64,000 nt of DNA from Acinetobacter phage nACB2, in sequence record OQ032512.1. One strand, given 5' to 3'. Positions 24,808 to 35,844 of the stretch are shown in pieces. A program made the position numbers and the translations under genes. Position 1 is the first letter of the stretch. Each line of letters opens with the position of its first letter. Below the pieces are notes generated by a model. That model was not told the DNA's origin and searched no databases. It saw nothing but the letters and a program-made list of their open reading frames with translations.

Positions 24808-27800
24808 TTATGCCAAAGCGATCAATCTCAGCTCTTCCAATACTGGAGATTGAGAACCAACCTCACCTAACATTTCAATCTTGAGTTTCAGACCTAGGAA
24901 AGATTCATCAGCGTTTATTTCAAACTCAGCTTCATACATATCTGTAGAAGAGTTCTTGAACGCTTTTGAGACTTCTACGTCTGCCCATTCTTTCAGTGTT
25001 AAGTTATCATCGCCACTTGTGATAGCTTTGTATTTCAACTTAACGGTAGAACCGAATGGTACTCGACCCACAACATAGATTTTAGCTGAAGTGGATGGGT
25101 TGTTGAACTTCAAAGAACGCGTAACGGCGTTTGCAAGAACATTGTTTTCATCGTTGTTAAGACAATAACCAACCATTTCTAGACCTGCGCCATCTAGGTC
25201 TACGAGTGGCGTTAACCATTCATTATCAGACTTCAATGTTAGATTCAACTTGGGCTTCAAGGTAGATGAAGAAACGGCGTCAAAAGGCATATCAGCAAAT
25301 GTATCACTCTCTAGACCTTGTAATGTAACCGCCGTTCTATTTTCTTGAAGATGAGTTAACAGATCAATGTTCAAAGACGTACCATCCAGAATGAATGACC
25401 CTAACCACGGGCAAACCTTATTGTATGGGTTGTTCGCTTTGATAGCAATAGAACCACCTCCGATAGCCCCAGTTAGTTGAGCAACAGCCGTTGTTTCTAC
25501 AGAGAATGTTGAAGCATTTGCTGCTGTAACGCGGTGACGCGCATTGATTAGATTAGCGTCTATACCATTACCTGATACAGCTCCGGAAACTTCAACATAA
25601 TCGCCTACCTTTAAGCCATGCCCTAAGCAACCAAAGGCGATAACATTAGAGTCTAAAGTTGTAGAAATTGAGTTGTATGGTAATGCTTTATCTTCAGGTG
25701 AAGCGCCTTCTAATGTTGCAACGTACGCAGAATCAGTTTTGAACTTACAACCGTAAATCTTGAATTTCAAGTCTTCCAGTTGGTTTGCTGTCCATGTTTG
25801 ACCGTTAGATGACACAAAGAAAACACCAGTATGAGGTTGTTTAGCAACAACATAGCGGTTAGATAAATCAATCTCACCCATGCGCGCAAGATAAACATTA
25901 TATTCTTGAGTGTCAGCTAGTAATACAATTGCGTATTCTCTGTCTTTCTCAAGATAAACTGGATCACTAAACACAAACTGAGTAGCAACTGTACCATTTT
26001 CTGAAATGTTCACCTGAGACGGATTGAGAACAACTTCACCAAAAGTCAATACTTCATTAGATGGAACGCCATTGTACACGTTACGAACCTGAAGTGTAAC
26101 AGGAATTGACTTAGCCTTTGTGGCAAAGAAAATATCAACTGCTTTGATGAAACCACCGCCGTCTTTAGAGATATTGAACGTTTGAGCAACAGGATCACTA
26201 TTCCAACGCGCTGTCACACGAGAAGTAGATGAAGTCCATTTTGTCTGTTCAGCGCGCAGTGTCTTTGTGATAGTTGTAGTCTTTTGACGTACCTCTAATT
26301 CACCGCCTGATAGATGGGTTGCCTCACCGCGTGTAAAGTTGTTATTTGGGTTGTCATCATTGTTCGCTGAGTCAGTGAATTTCAGAATGTTAGAACCTGT
26401 TTTGAAACGGAAGTCATTAGTGTTTGGTACCTTGAATACGCCTGATACGTTACCAGATACGTCAGTAACAATGGCTTCTCCGTAGGCTTTACCTGTTTGA
26501 GCGCATTGCGATGAAACAGCTACGCCTGAGAAGAAAGGGTACAGGCGCGTTAGTGGCTTAAATCCGCGTAAATCGAATTTAACTTCAATGCTACGCATAT
26601 AAGGAATAATACTCAAAGACACTCGAGAATCGTCAACCTTCACGTCAGTTGAGGATGTGATTTTAGTATTCAGATACGTCTGAGTAGTCGTTTCAACGGT
26701 ATTACGCCACCAACTAGACCATTGGAATGAAGATGAAACCGTTGTACCTATAAGTTGATCACCAGCTTGGAGTCCATTGGTTAGATCATCTGTCACATTT
26801 AACACAATAGGTTTATTGTAAACAGTGTCGCGCCAGAAATCCTGAGCTGGTGTAAGTGTAACACTACCTGCCCACGAGAATACCGCAAATGGGTTGATGT
26901 TAGACGTTGTTGTTGCATACGGCTGACTAGCGAATTCAACTAATGTGTAAGGAAGAGATATAGTTGACGTATGCTTCTGAGCGCCAGAAAGATATGTCAT
27001 GTCAATACCATTTTGTACAATAGGAGGTGCAATACGCCCTAGATCAGTATCAATAGATGCAGCCCATTCAGAATCCAAAACGTCAACCAGTTTGAAATCT
27101 TTGAAACGATCAGCCGCAATACCATTCTTGAATCGGTTATTTCCAGTTACAGGGTCAAGAATTTGTGTACGCTCTGCTTTAGTCTCACTTTGACTCAAAG
27201 AGATATAATACTCCGTATTCTCAATACGTTTTTCCAAGCGACCAATATCAGCCATAGTGAAGCGTTTGTTTTCAACCTTGATTGCCTTAATCTGAGTCAC
27301 TGAGTCAGTGTAAGCTGGAATGTGAAGTTGATACAAAGCCATACCGTCTGCTGGTATAGTAGGCGCTTTAGGATTCTCTGATGGTATGCCGCGAGAAACT
27401 GAGTAATTTCCGGAAGATGAAACGTACAATACATCAATTCGAGGTAGATACATTGTCAAATCAATACGCACGTTGTCATTCGGGTTGATTACATCAAATA
27501 CAGCTGGAAGATTCGTGAAGCTACCGTCACTTGCTTTCAGAACACGGAAGTCAATGCAATCTGCTAGACTACGGATAACGCGGTCTGACGCTTCTTTAGA
27601 TGTAGGGATATCGGTACGCGCAATATCATAAGAATCGACACAGAAGAAATCGCCTGTGTTAGAATGTTCAAAGTACTCGTAAGTCACAGATACGTTTGCA
27701 GTAATGTTACCGCTAGTGCTGATCAGTTCACCTACTTCATACCAGTTAGGTCTTTGACCATCAAAGAAGCGGAAACCAGGAGTCATATCCAAACCGCTAT

Positions 27801-29619
27801 CAGTATTGGTAACGCTCACTATTTTAAAAATATCAGCTTTGTTCAACTTAACAGAAGATGATTCATTGAAAGAGATGTTTTCAGATACTTCTCTCAATGT
27901 CTTTGTTTTGTAAGTTGGATTCGTCTTAACAATAGAAGTAACAATGCGAACAACTGAACCAGAGTAAGATGCACCAAAGTCTAGATTAAGAGCCTTGCCA
28001 TTTGGAGAACCTGCTAACGAGATACCTGAAATAGGAAGCGCCGTGTCGCCATTTACACTCGCAAAATAGTCGAAGCTGTTAACTGAGTTGAATAGTTCAG
28101 AACCTGTAAGACCAATAGAAGCCTTACCTGAAGCATCTAATGTGACGTCAAATGAACGCGTAACATTGAATGACACGTCTTGACCAGCAGCGCCCGTCAA
28201 TGAGCTCACATTTGAGTACGGTAATGAGAATAAAAGGCTATCAGTTGTCCCACCGAAAACGCTAGAAGCAGCCAAAGTAGCTTCAAAGGTATCAGAAGGC
28301 GAGAAGCTGCCTAAAATACGTTTCACAGAGCCGAATGATTGACCCAGAGACATATTGATATCCATCAAGTAAAGGATCGCATTGTTGCCTTCGCGTTTGA
28401 TAGAACGCACTTTACAAGTGCCCAAGAGCGAATTGCTTTCATCTACTAGGCTGTGAAGACGCGTTAGGTCAAGTTTCGGAAGCCCTTTATCAATTGTAAC
28501 TACAATGAATGATCCGTATAAAGCCTGAAGAACACCATTGTTAACAATCTTTGTATCTCGCGCCTTACCAACCTCTACGTCTTTGTATCCCACGATTTCG
28601 TGACGGTATCCTTGAACGTAAGAAACACCGCGCTTCAGACGCGCTACAAACGTGTCTTCCTTACCACCTTCTACGTTTGTATATAGACCATCTACGTGGT
28701 CACCATCGCGTAGATGTTCCAATAATTCGATAGGAGGGTGTGTAACAGTGTAGTTACCAGATTCTTCGTAGGTACGCTGAGCTAGAATATCATTGAAAAC
28801 AGCGTATTGTGTATTATCATTTACACTTTGGATTACACCACCGTCAATGTCTACAATCTCAATGAAAGTGTCATCTTTTTCAGATTTATCAATCGCTTCA
28901 AGTTTTAATGTAACTTTGAGACGGCAAGCGCCAGCGCCTTTGAAGTTTGGTTCACCCGAAGCATTTGAATATAAAGATGGGTCTACAGTTTCGTCGATCA
29001 CTTCTTCATCAATACGGAAACCAACAAGTATAGATGGCGCTTCCTCTGGAATTAGAATATCTTGGCTATTCGTCCAGACAAGGTTTCCGCCTACGAAATA
29101 AACGCCTTCTAGAACAGAAGCGTAGAAGCCTAAAGCGCTTTCAACAACAGTGGACATTAATACGTCTACAGAGGAACCATCGATGTCTTGTGAGATGATG
29201 ATTGTAGATGCATCCTCAAATGTAGCGCCTTCAGTGCCGTCTGAGTTAAGGTATTCAATTGCTAACCATCCAGACGTTCCATCTATAGGAAGATACTTCA
29301 GAATCTTAGCATTCAAACCAGCATTAGATGCTCTTGCGTTCAAAGAAACATCACCTTCGAAAAAGGATGCATCAAAATTCACTGGAAGAACTATTTTAAC
29401 CATATTCTGGCGTTCTTTTAATGAGATTGATCCCTCACCTACAACTGAGCCATCTTTAAAAAAGTGCGAACCCATTCGATTGATTTGTTCTTGAAGAATG
29501 GATTGTAATTGGTTCAACTCTCGGGCTTGTACAACTCGAGGTCTGAATAGAATTTTATGAAACCCTTTAGATGGGTTGTAATCATCATAAAATGGAGCGT
29601 GTGAAGTGTCCAAGGCCAA
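24808..29619 (-). CDS. giant virion structural protein (1603 aa; putative baseplate or fibre component); TTG start
   Basis: Uninterrupted 4.8-kb ORF in the tail module. beta-rich, Ser/Thr/Gly/Asn/Val composition. Start codon is TTG at 29619. Confidence 0.55.
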   Translation of the reverse strand: MALDTSHAPFYDDYNPSKGFHKILFRPRVVQARELNQLQSILQEQINRMGSHFFKDGSVVGEGSISLKERQNMVKIVLPVNFDASFFEGDVSLNARASNAGLNAKILKYLPIDGTSGWLAIEYLNSDGTEGATFEDASTIIISQDIDGSSVDVLMSTVVESALGFYASVLEGVYFVGGNLVWTNSQDILIPEEAPSILVGFRIDEEVIDETVDPSLYSNASGEPNFKGAGACRLKVTLKLEAIDKSEKDDTFIEIVDIDGGVIQSVNDNTQYAVFNDILAQRTYEESGNYTVTHPPIELLEHLRDGDHVDGLYTNVEGGKEDTFVARLKRGVSYVQGYRHEIVGYKDVEVGKARDTKIVNNGVLQALYGSFIVVTIDKGLPKLDLTRLHSLVDESNSLLGTCKVRSIKREGNNAILYLMDINMSLGQSFGSVKRILGSFSPSDTFEATLAASSVFGGTTDSLLFSLPYSNVSSLTGAAGQDVSFNVTRSFDVTLDASGKASIGLTGSELFNSVNSFDYFASVNGDTALPISGISLAGSPNGKALNLDFGASYSGSVVRIVTSIVKTNPTYKTKTLREVSENISFNESSSVKLNKADIFKIVSVTNTDSGLDMTPGFRFFDGQRPNWYEVGELISTSGNITANVSVTYEYFEHSNTGDFFCVDSYDIARTDIPTSKEASDRVIRSLADCIDFRVLKASDGSFTNLPAVFDVINPNDNVRIDLTMYLPRIDVLYVSSSGNYSVSRGIPSENPKAPTIPADGMALYQLHIPAYTDSVTQIKAIKVENKRFTMADIGRLEKRIENTEYYISLSQSETKAERTQILDPVTGNNRFKNGIAADRFKDFKLVDVLDSEWAASIDTDLGRIAPPIVQNGIDMTYLSGAQKHTSTISLPYTLVEFASQPYATTTSNINPFAVFSWAGSVTLTPAQDFWRDTVYNKPIVLNVTDDLTNGLQAGDQLIGTTVSSSFQWSSWWRNTVETTTQTYLNTKITSSTDVKVDDSRVSLSIIPYMRSIEVKFDLRGFKPLTRLYPFFSGVAVSSQCAQTGKAYGEAIVTDVSGNVSGVFKVPNTNDFRFKTGSNILKFTDSANNDDNPNNNFTRGEATHLSGGELEVRQKTTTITKTLRAEQTKWTSSTSRVTARWNSDPVAQTFNISKDGGGFIKAVDIFFATKAKSIPVTLQVRNVYNGVPSNEVLTFGEVVLNPSQVNISENGTVATQFVFSDPVYLEKDREYAIVLLADTQEYNVYLARMGEIDLSNRYVVAKQPHTGVFFVSSNGQTWTANQLEDLKFKIYGCKFKTDSAYVATLEGASPEDKALPYNSISTTLDSNVIAFGCLGHGLKVGDYVEVSGAVSGNGIDANLINARHRVTAANASTFSVETTAVAQLTGAIGGGSIAIKANNPYNKVCPWLGSFILDGTSLNIDLLTHLQENRTAVTLQGLESDTFADMPFDAVSSSTLKPKLNLTLKSDNEWLTPLVDLDGAGLEMVGYCLNNDENNVLANAVTRSLKFNNPSTSAKIYVVGRVPFGSTVKLKYKAITSGDDNLTLKEWADVEVSKAFKNSSTDMYEAEFEINADESFLGLKLKIEMLGEVGSQSPVLEELRLIALA

Positions 29620-29672
29620 TCTCCGATATTTTGGAACGTATATGTCTGTCTTTATTTAGCATTAGACATAAG

Positions 29673-29695
29673 AAAGGGGCTTGCGCCCCTTTTTC
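29673..29695. terminator. Terminator AAAGGGGCTTGCGCCCCTTTTT (copy 2 of the GGGGCTTGCGCCCC family)
   Basis: Same hairpin as at 90-114 and 62454-62473. Lies between the fibre gene stop and the giant gene start. Confidence 0.7.
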
Positions 29696-32512
29696 TTACC
29701 AGTTGCCTCGTATGAAACTGTTAGCATTGTAATACTGCGATGATGTAATCGTTACACCATCTTTTTTCAATACTAGAGTTCCTCCACCAGATTTTATTAG
29801 ACCTGCAGCTCCAGCAGCTGTATTAACGCCAGTAGAGGTAGAAACGGCGCCAGCCATTCCTAGATCACCGCCCTTTCCGCCAATGTAATCCGTGGTCACA
29901 GAAGTTACTTCGTCAACGTGAGTGTACGTTCCGCCTTGAGCGCCCAAAAGTCTTGATGCTTGAGAACCTGCGTAGTCAGCAGTACCACCTAAACCTGTAG
30001 CTGCGCCACCACCGCCACCAACGTATTTTCCATTGATAGTAACACCACCGCCGCCACCACCACCTGACGCTACGATTACGTCTCCAGAATAAAGATTGAT
30101 GTTTAAAGTGTGACCCGACCCAATATTGAAAACATTTCCTCCAACTGCCCCAACTCTAGGAACTTTAGGATCAGCGCCCTGACCACCCTTTCCTATGATA
30201 CCACCAGTGCTGTTCCAATAAAGATTAACAACTGTTCCAGCCAACCAATTATCAGAAGTTACAGCGAATTTGTTTGTAGCGGAAGCCTCAAACCAAGATT
30301 CTCCAGTAACATAGAGGTTACAAATCCAAGGAACGTCTTGAGTACCAAACTGAGTTTCAAACAAAGTTTTCAAATCAACGTCTTGTTTTACTTCACCTGA
30401 AATGTACAGGTTTTGAATCGGGGTTGTCGATGTATCTTTAATCAACAAAGGTTTGTTAGAGTCAGCAACTATAGACGAGGTTGATTGATTCACCCACTCC
30501 ATATATAGAATTTCATCACCTTCTGTTTTACGGTCTGCGCGTATTACAATTTTTTGAGATAATATGATATTACCGTTGAATGACTGAGCTACAATATTAC
30601 TATTGGTGATGTCTACGTCATCGCCCTCGACAATATTACCAGTTGTACCGACTGTCTTGATGTTAGGTTTGAAGAACGTACCTTGAGTTGTACCAGACGG
30701 AACTCTCAGCACGAAGTAAACAGTGTCTCCTTCATTAGCCTGTGTAATAGCTGTAGAACCGTTAGAAGCTGTAGAATACCAACACTCAGCCTTCCAAGCT
30801 GTGTCCACTATTTGAATATTTGTAGAAGTAACCACAACACCTGCTAGAAGTACATTAAGCGTAATTGTCTCAGTGCCTTCGTACGGTTTAGTTGCATCGG
30901 CTTCAAATTTTACTGGTACAACAATTAAGTTATTGTTAATGTTTCTTGCAGCCCCAAATTCAACAATGTTTTCAATGTCTGAATCCGATGAACTAGAGAA
31001 GGTAAAAGATGTGCCGTTTGCAACATACTTTGACTCAAGCATAAGGTAAACAGTGTCACCTTCATTAGCCTGTGTAATAGTTGTAGAACCATCTGAGAAT
31101 CTAGACACCCGACTCTTGTATTCTGGTGGCCCAGATACATCTAGAACACTAATTTCTTTAAATGTATTAGTGGCAGCTAGAGTGAAACGCAATGTTTCAG
31201 TAGATTCTGGAAGGAAGTCTTGTACAATTGGAAGGTCAACAATACCTTGATTATTCTGAATAGTAACGTATCCTGATAAAGAACCATCTACGTCAGACTG
31301 AGATATTTGTGTAAAATTATATGCTAAGGATTCACCGTTCGCAAGACCATTTGCAGACACAATTACGCGTAAGGTTTGACCTTCGCTGATCTGAGTAGAT
31401 TCCGTGAATAATGAACCTTGGAGAATGCCCATTCTGATTCCTAGAACTACATCAGATTCCGAAGGCTTCGATTCATACACAACCCAATTGACCTTTCCAT
31501 TCCAAGTGTTAGCGGTTGGAGACTTAGCGACAACACCAAAACCGCCATTTGTACGACTAACAATCTGGAAACCTTGACAGTCAGTTAGAATTTTCTCTGG
31601 AGAAGCGTTAATGATATAACGACTCTGAGACAAGTCTATATTGGGCACTGAAATGGTTACTGGAGTGGAACCATTAAGGCTCAAAATGTCTGAACCACCT
31701 GCTACAGCTCTTGGATAGCGCTTGGACGTAAACACTTGAGTCCAGAAGCCGTAAACACCATTGTTTCTAGAACGATAATACATATCATTCTGGAGGTCGA
31801 TAAACAATTGAGCGCCGATGGATGTATTATTTGTGCCAGATATTGTATAACAAATACCAATACCGTCTGTATTTGGTCTAGAACCAGCTGTAGCTGGATT
31901 ACAAGAAGCGACAGACGAATAAACCACTTCATTGAGGTCTATGTTCACGCCGTTAGATGAATCTTTCACCTCAATAGCATTCACGTAGCCGTATTTTCTC
32001 TGATTCTTCAATTCTGTGAATTGAGGATAATCTACAGAAGGGTTCAAACGCCCCTGTGCGCTCATAGATGTGATTTCTACTAGTGCTTCGGAATACAAAC
32101 CAGATATCGCTGTCATTGAAATAATCAATCCAACGTTCTGATTTCCATTGCGTTTTGCTATGTACGCGCCCTTGAATTTAAAAATAGAAGGGTCTTCATT
32201 CATTGAGCTCAGAATGTTAATACTGTTATCGATACTATCTGAAGATAGGTCTGCTGATGATAGTTGTCCACTCGCAGCTATTACAATATTGAAACGCTTT
32301 TTGTTTAGAGAAATGTCAACGATATAAATGCCGTTGATGACATTACCCTCGTCAGCAACAAAATTATATTCATTTGACTTTCTTAACACTTTCAAAGCAG
32401 CCGAAGTGGTATCTAGCGTGAAATTCTTTTCAAGCGAAAGGTATTTTAATCCAGAGACGTTAGGCGTTTGAATACCTTCCGGAAATCTGGTAGATAGACT
32501 GTTGTCTGACAT
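29696..32512 (-). CDS. tail fibre / receptor-binding protein with C-terminal poly-Gly tracts (938 aa)
   Basis: Paralogous to 32942..35407 (shared blocks GVNIDLNEV..CNPA..SRPN..GIG.C.T and DIDL.Q.RY). C-terminal GGGGGGG and GGGGG runs and Gly/Ala/Thr-rich repeats. Confidence 0.6.
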   Translation of the reverse strand: MSDNSLSTRFPEGIQTPNVSGLKYLSLEKNFTLDTTSAALKVLRKSNEYNFVADEGNVINGIYIVDISLNKKRFNIVIAASGQLSSADLSSDSIDNSINILSSMNEDPSIFKFKGAYIAKRNGNQNVGLIISMTAISGLYSEALVEITSMSAQGRLNPSVDYPQFTELKNQRKYGYVNAIEVKDSSNGVNIDLNEVVYSSVASCNPATAGSRPNTDGIGICYTISGTNNTSIGAQLFIDLQNDMYYRSRNNGVYGFWTQVFTSKRYPRAVAGGSDILSLNGSTPVTISVPNIDLSQSRYIINASPEKILTDCQGFQIVSRTNGGFGVVAKSPTANTWNGKVNWVVYESKPSESDVVLGIRMGILQGSLFTESTQISEGQTLRVIVSANGLANGESLAYNFTQISQSDVDGSLSGYVTIQNNQGIVDLPIVQDFLPESTETLRFTLAATNTFKEISVLDVSGPPEYKSRVSRFSDGSTTITQANEGDTVYLMLESKYVANGTSFTFSSSSDSDIENIVEFGAARNINNNLIVVPVKFEADATKPYEGTETITLNVLLAGVVVTSTNIQIVDTAWKAECWYSTASNGSTAITQANEGDTVYFVLRVPSGTTQGTFFKPNIKTVGTTGNIVEGDDVDITNSNIVAQSFNGNIILSQKIVIRADRKTEGDEILYMEWVNQSTSSIVADSNKPLLIKDTSTTPIQNLYISGEVKQDVDLKTLFETQFGTQDVPWICNLYVTGESWFEASATNKFAVTSDNWLAGTVVNLYWNSTGGIIGKGGQGADPKVPRVGAVGGNVFNIGSGHTLNINLYSGDVIVASGGGGGGGVTINGKYVGGGGGAATGLGGTADYAGSQASRLLGAQGGTYTHVDEVTSVTTDYIGGKGGDLGMAGAVSTSTGVNTAAGAAGLIKSGGGTLVLKKDGVTITSSQYYNANSFIRGNW

Positions 32513-32534
32513 GCGATGTTCCTCTTTTGGTTAC

Positions 32535-32942
32535 TTATTTCAAATTGAAAAAACGGTAACCAATTTGTTTCATACCGTAATTTTTGTGAAGAGCTGAAAC
32601 AATTAATGAACCGTTCCAATCAGAAGGTATAGAAAAAGTCCATACGCACTCTGTTCCGTTTATGAATCTGATAGCTGGTAATTCGATGAAGTTACTTCCT
32701 GAACTATTGTCGCCAGAAGTTTGAAGAATAACAACTATTTCGTCTCCTGAGACCAATCCACTGAATGATGAAAAGGATACTTTATGCTGCTTCATTCTTT
32801 CTACGCTAGTGACGAGTTGGTTAACGCCATCTCTCACTACTGGAGAAACGGTAGCTGAACGCGTCACGCGTTCAATTACCATACTAGCTGTTTTTAGCTT
32901 GTTACTACCAACCTTGATATTGACTTGTGCTAATGCGCTCAT
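32535..32942 (-). CDS. small protein between the fibre paralogs (fibre chaperone or adaptor?)
   Basis: 135 aa. Position only. Confidence 0.35.
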   Translation of the reverse strand: MSALAQVNIKVGSNKLKTASMVIERVTRSATVSPVVRDGVNQLVTSVERMKQHKVSFSSFSGLVSGDEIVVILQTSGDNSSGSNFIELPAIRFINGTECVWTFSIPSDWNGSLIVSALHKNYGMKQIGYRFFNLK

Positions 32943-35407
32943 TAATGACCACTCACTATCCCAGATATGTTCTTGATATCTACGTTGAATTCATTTTGGA
33001 GAATGATTCTTCCTGCTTTACCGCCTTTACCCGCATTAACGACGACAGAATAAAAGGTGTTAACGTTGTCCATAATGCCGTCTGTACCGTCTTTTCCTAA
33101 ATCTCCGCCATTACCAGCAGAAGATGGAATAGCAATTATATCATTGTACTTTGCGCCTAGAGTTGCAGTTGCATCGCCCACGGGGTGTTTATTATCTACA
33201 GTTGTGACATTTCCTTCCATCTTGTACAGAACATTATCCCTAGAATACCATTGACGTATCAAAGCGTATGAAGGGGTATATTCTATCAACGATTGGGAGT
33301 TTTTACCTGCCCCAATGAATTCTACGCCTGCTCCCATTATTGGTGGGGTCTCCCCATAAGGAGCGCCACCTCCTCCAGACATAATTGGATTATAATTAGT
33401 TGCGCTATAACCATTTAGATTTATAAAACAAACGCCAGAAGCGCCACCCCCTCCGCCACCAGACATTATGTTTCCGTAGTTATACACTGTTAAGAATACA
33501 GTAGGACTTCCGTCAATACAAGCACCGCCGTTCTCACCGTCAAGCTGATTAATAGACATTGATGAAGGAGCGTAACCACCTCTTCCACCTCTTCCGTAGA
33601 TGTTACCGTTGTTCACTAGTGTTACGGTAGATCCGTACGGAAAATCTCCTACTGTTATCGCAGGTTGTATAACGGTAGATGCTGAAACAGTAACTCCAGA
33701 AGAAATAACAAATCTGATATTACAAGGATCGCTGATTTTTCCCAATACAGTCTTAGCTAAATTGTAAAGATTCAGGTTAGACTGGTCTGTTGTAATGTTC
33801 ACAACCTCTTCATCTACACTAGGTTGGTTTACGTTTATTGGATATGAAAAAACATTGTTATTATTAAACATGACGGCGATTTGACTAGGGAGTCCGCCTA
33901 AAACAAATTCAGAAAAAGTCGATCCTTCAAAGTCAATATGGTATTCGACACTTGGATCATATTCAACGCCTTTAACGATAACAAAGAACTGAAACCCATT
34001 ATCCAATTTTGTTATAGGTTGCGTACCCGCAGCGTCCTTTGAAAAATACAATTCAAATATAGGTGCGACAGAAGTGTCTTTGAGCATCAAAGAAGCAGTA
34101 ACACTTGTTCCATTAGCGAGTACCAATGAAAGATTTTTGTCCCCATCGGCTATTGCATCTCTAAGAACAGATATATCAATATAGGCTGATGAATTTCTAA
34201 CAACAAATTGGCCACTAAGAGGTATCCCTACATCAGACTCATTAACACCTTGAATAGTAAACGGCACGGAAGTTCCATCTGTGACATTTTGAGTTGAAAG
34301 TACGAATCTAGCTGTCTGACCTTCTTCAACAGAAGTAGCTGGACGAAAATCCTGACCATCCAAACGCCCGCAAGTTAAATTAAATACAGGGTCTGTTTCA
34401 GCTGCGCGTATCTCTGTAATGGAATAAGAAATTACACCAGCCCAAGGTTTTACAGTTTTTATCCCAAATCCATTTTCTGCTCTACTAGATACTTGAATAT
34501 CATCTGTTAAACTCACAACGTCGTATTGAGGCGTGAATGTTATAGAATATCTTAATTGACGCAGGTCAATATCATTAACTGGGATTATAGTCTCGTTTAC
34601 CCCATCTGAAGACACAAAGAATATTCCACTATAGACAACTTTCGGATAAGTTGAATTGCTATCAACCCCGACCCAAGATGAATTTCCGGAACGAAGATAC
34701 ATCTTACCGTCTTCAGACCAAAACAATTGCACTTTAAATGCATCTGCGATGAATGTGGTACACATTCCTATACCAGATTTATTAGGTCTAGACGATTGAC
34801 TAGCTGGGTTACAAAGTATTATGGAATTTTCATTAACATCGCTGAGATTAACGTTCACTCCTTCGCTATCATCAATGACCTTTTTCGTCGACAGAATACC
34901 AGTTACTGTGGTCTTGATATCAATGGTGTAGTCTGCGAAAGATGAAGATGGTCTCACCTTAGAACTCGAACCAACCTGAGTTACCTTAACCTTCACAGGA
35001 TAAGATTCAAACCCTGTCCCAGCTATACTCATTAACAAACCAACGTCTGTTGTAGATGAAGCCTTTACGTCCAAATATTCTAAGGACATGTTATTGACGG
35101 TTGTTAAACTCAATAATTGTACTGTATTTTGATATTCAATCGAACCTTCAAATGCAGATTGCTTAGCGTTCGCTGAAATAAGACAACGGAGTGAACCGCC
35201 GTCTATATCCTCAACACTAACAAAATAAAGTCCAGAGATTGTTTGCTTATAATCCAAAACAATATTACAGACAGAACCCGAAAAGCTCACTTGTATTTCT
35301 TCTGTAGAGCACCCAAAGTTACGCCCAAACAATAGCTGTTCAAGACCAATTAAAGACTTGGACATTGCTCCTTTAGGATATATGGATGGTAAAGAGATAT
35401 CAGTCAT
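32942..35407 (-). CDS. tail fibre / receptor-binding protein paralog with poly-Gly tracts (821 aa)
   Basis: Same architecture as 29696..32512, with GGGGGG and GGGG runs about 170 aa from the C-terminus. Confidence 0.6.
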   Translation of the reverse strand: MTDISLPSIYPKGAMSKSLIGLEQLLFGRNFGCSTEEIQVSFSGSVCNIVLDYKQTISGLYFVSVEDIDGGSLRCLISANAKQSAFEGSIEYQNTVQLLSLTTVNNMSLEYLDVKASSTTDVGLLMSIAGTGFESYPVKVKVTQVGSSSKVRPSSSFADYTIDIKTTVTGILSTKKVIDDSEGVNVNLSDVNENSIILCNPASQSSRPNKSGIGMCTTFIADAFKVQLFWSEDGKMYLRSGNSSWVGVDSNSTYPKVVYSGIFFVSSDGVNETIIPVNDIDLRQLRYSITFTPQYDVVSLTDDIQVSSRAENGFGIKTVKPWAGVISYSITEIRAAETDPVFNLTCGRLDGQDFRPATSVEEGQTARFVLSTQNVTDGTSVPFTIQGVNESDVGIPLSGQFVVRNSSAYIDISVLRDAIADGDKNLSLVLANGTSVTASLMLKDTSVAPIFELYFSKDAAGTQPITKLDNGFQFFVIVKGVEYDPSVEYHIDFEGSTFSEFVLGGLPSQIAVMFNNNNVFSYPINVNQPSVDEEVVNITTDQSNLNLYNLAKTVLGKISDPCNIRFVISSGVTVSASTVIQPAITVGDFPYGSTVTLVNNGNIYGRGGRGGYAPSSMSINQLDGENGGACIDGSPTVFLTVYNYGNIMSGGGGGGASGVCFINLNGYSATNYNPIMSGGGGAPYGETPPIMGAGVEFIGAGKNSQSLIEYTPSYALIRQWYSRDNVLYKMEGNVTTVDNKHPVGDATATLGAKYNDIIAIPSSAGNGGDLGKDGTDGIMDNVNTFYSVVVNAGKGGKAGRIILQNEFNVDIKNISGIVSGH

Positions 35408-35478
35408 GTTAAATGCTCTAATGCGCGTGATTTACTTTATTTACATTGTAAGTATATTAAACAGAGGAACATTTAATC

Positions 35479-35844
35479 ATGAACGTCATTGATAACCGTA
35501 TTAAGATTACAACTCGGATGGGTGCAGATATAAATGAAACAATATCTGGAACTGACCCTGTCTCTAAGTTGAGTTATCGTTTTGATGAATATGAAGATAT
35601 TCAACTACATCTTTCGCTTTCCAAAATAGGGCAGCCGTATTATTCTAAGCCTTTGGATTACGACGCAGCTTTACCCAGAACATTAATCATTCAATTAACA
35701 GAATCTGAACTATTGAATGAACATCCTGTCGAAACAATGGGTTTTGTAAACCCACCACCTTTCTTTCACTTTTATATCAATGCAAAGAAAGGTGGTAATA
35801 GAGTGGTATTGTTTAATGGTGTTATTGAACGCCCTCAATATTAA
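35479..35844 (+). CDS. hypothetical protein (single + strand gene in the - strand structural block)
   Basis: 121-aa ORF. Convergent with the gp25-like gene. Confidence 0.4.
   Translation: MNVIDNRIKITTRMGADINETISGTDPVSKLSYRFDEYEDIQLHLSLSKIGQPYYSKPLDYDAALPRTLIIQLTESELLNEHPVETMGFVNPPPFFHFYINAKKGGNRVVLFNGVIERPQY

Noticed and set aside
29696-35407. Diversity-generating retroelement acting on the paralogous fibre genes
   Set aside because: There is no reverse transcriptase ORF, and no template-repeat/variable-repeat pair with adenine-specific differences, anywhere in the window.
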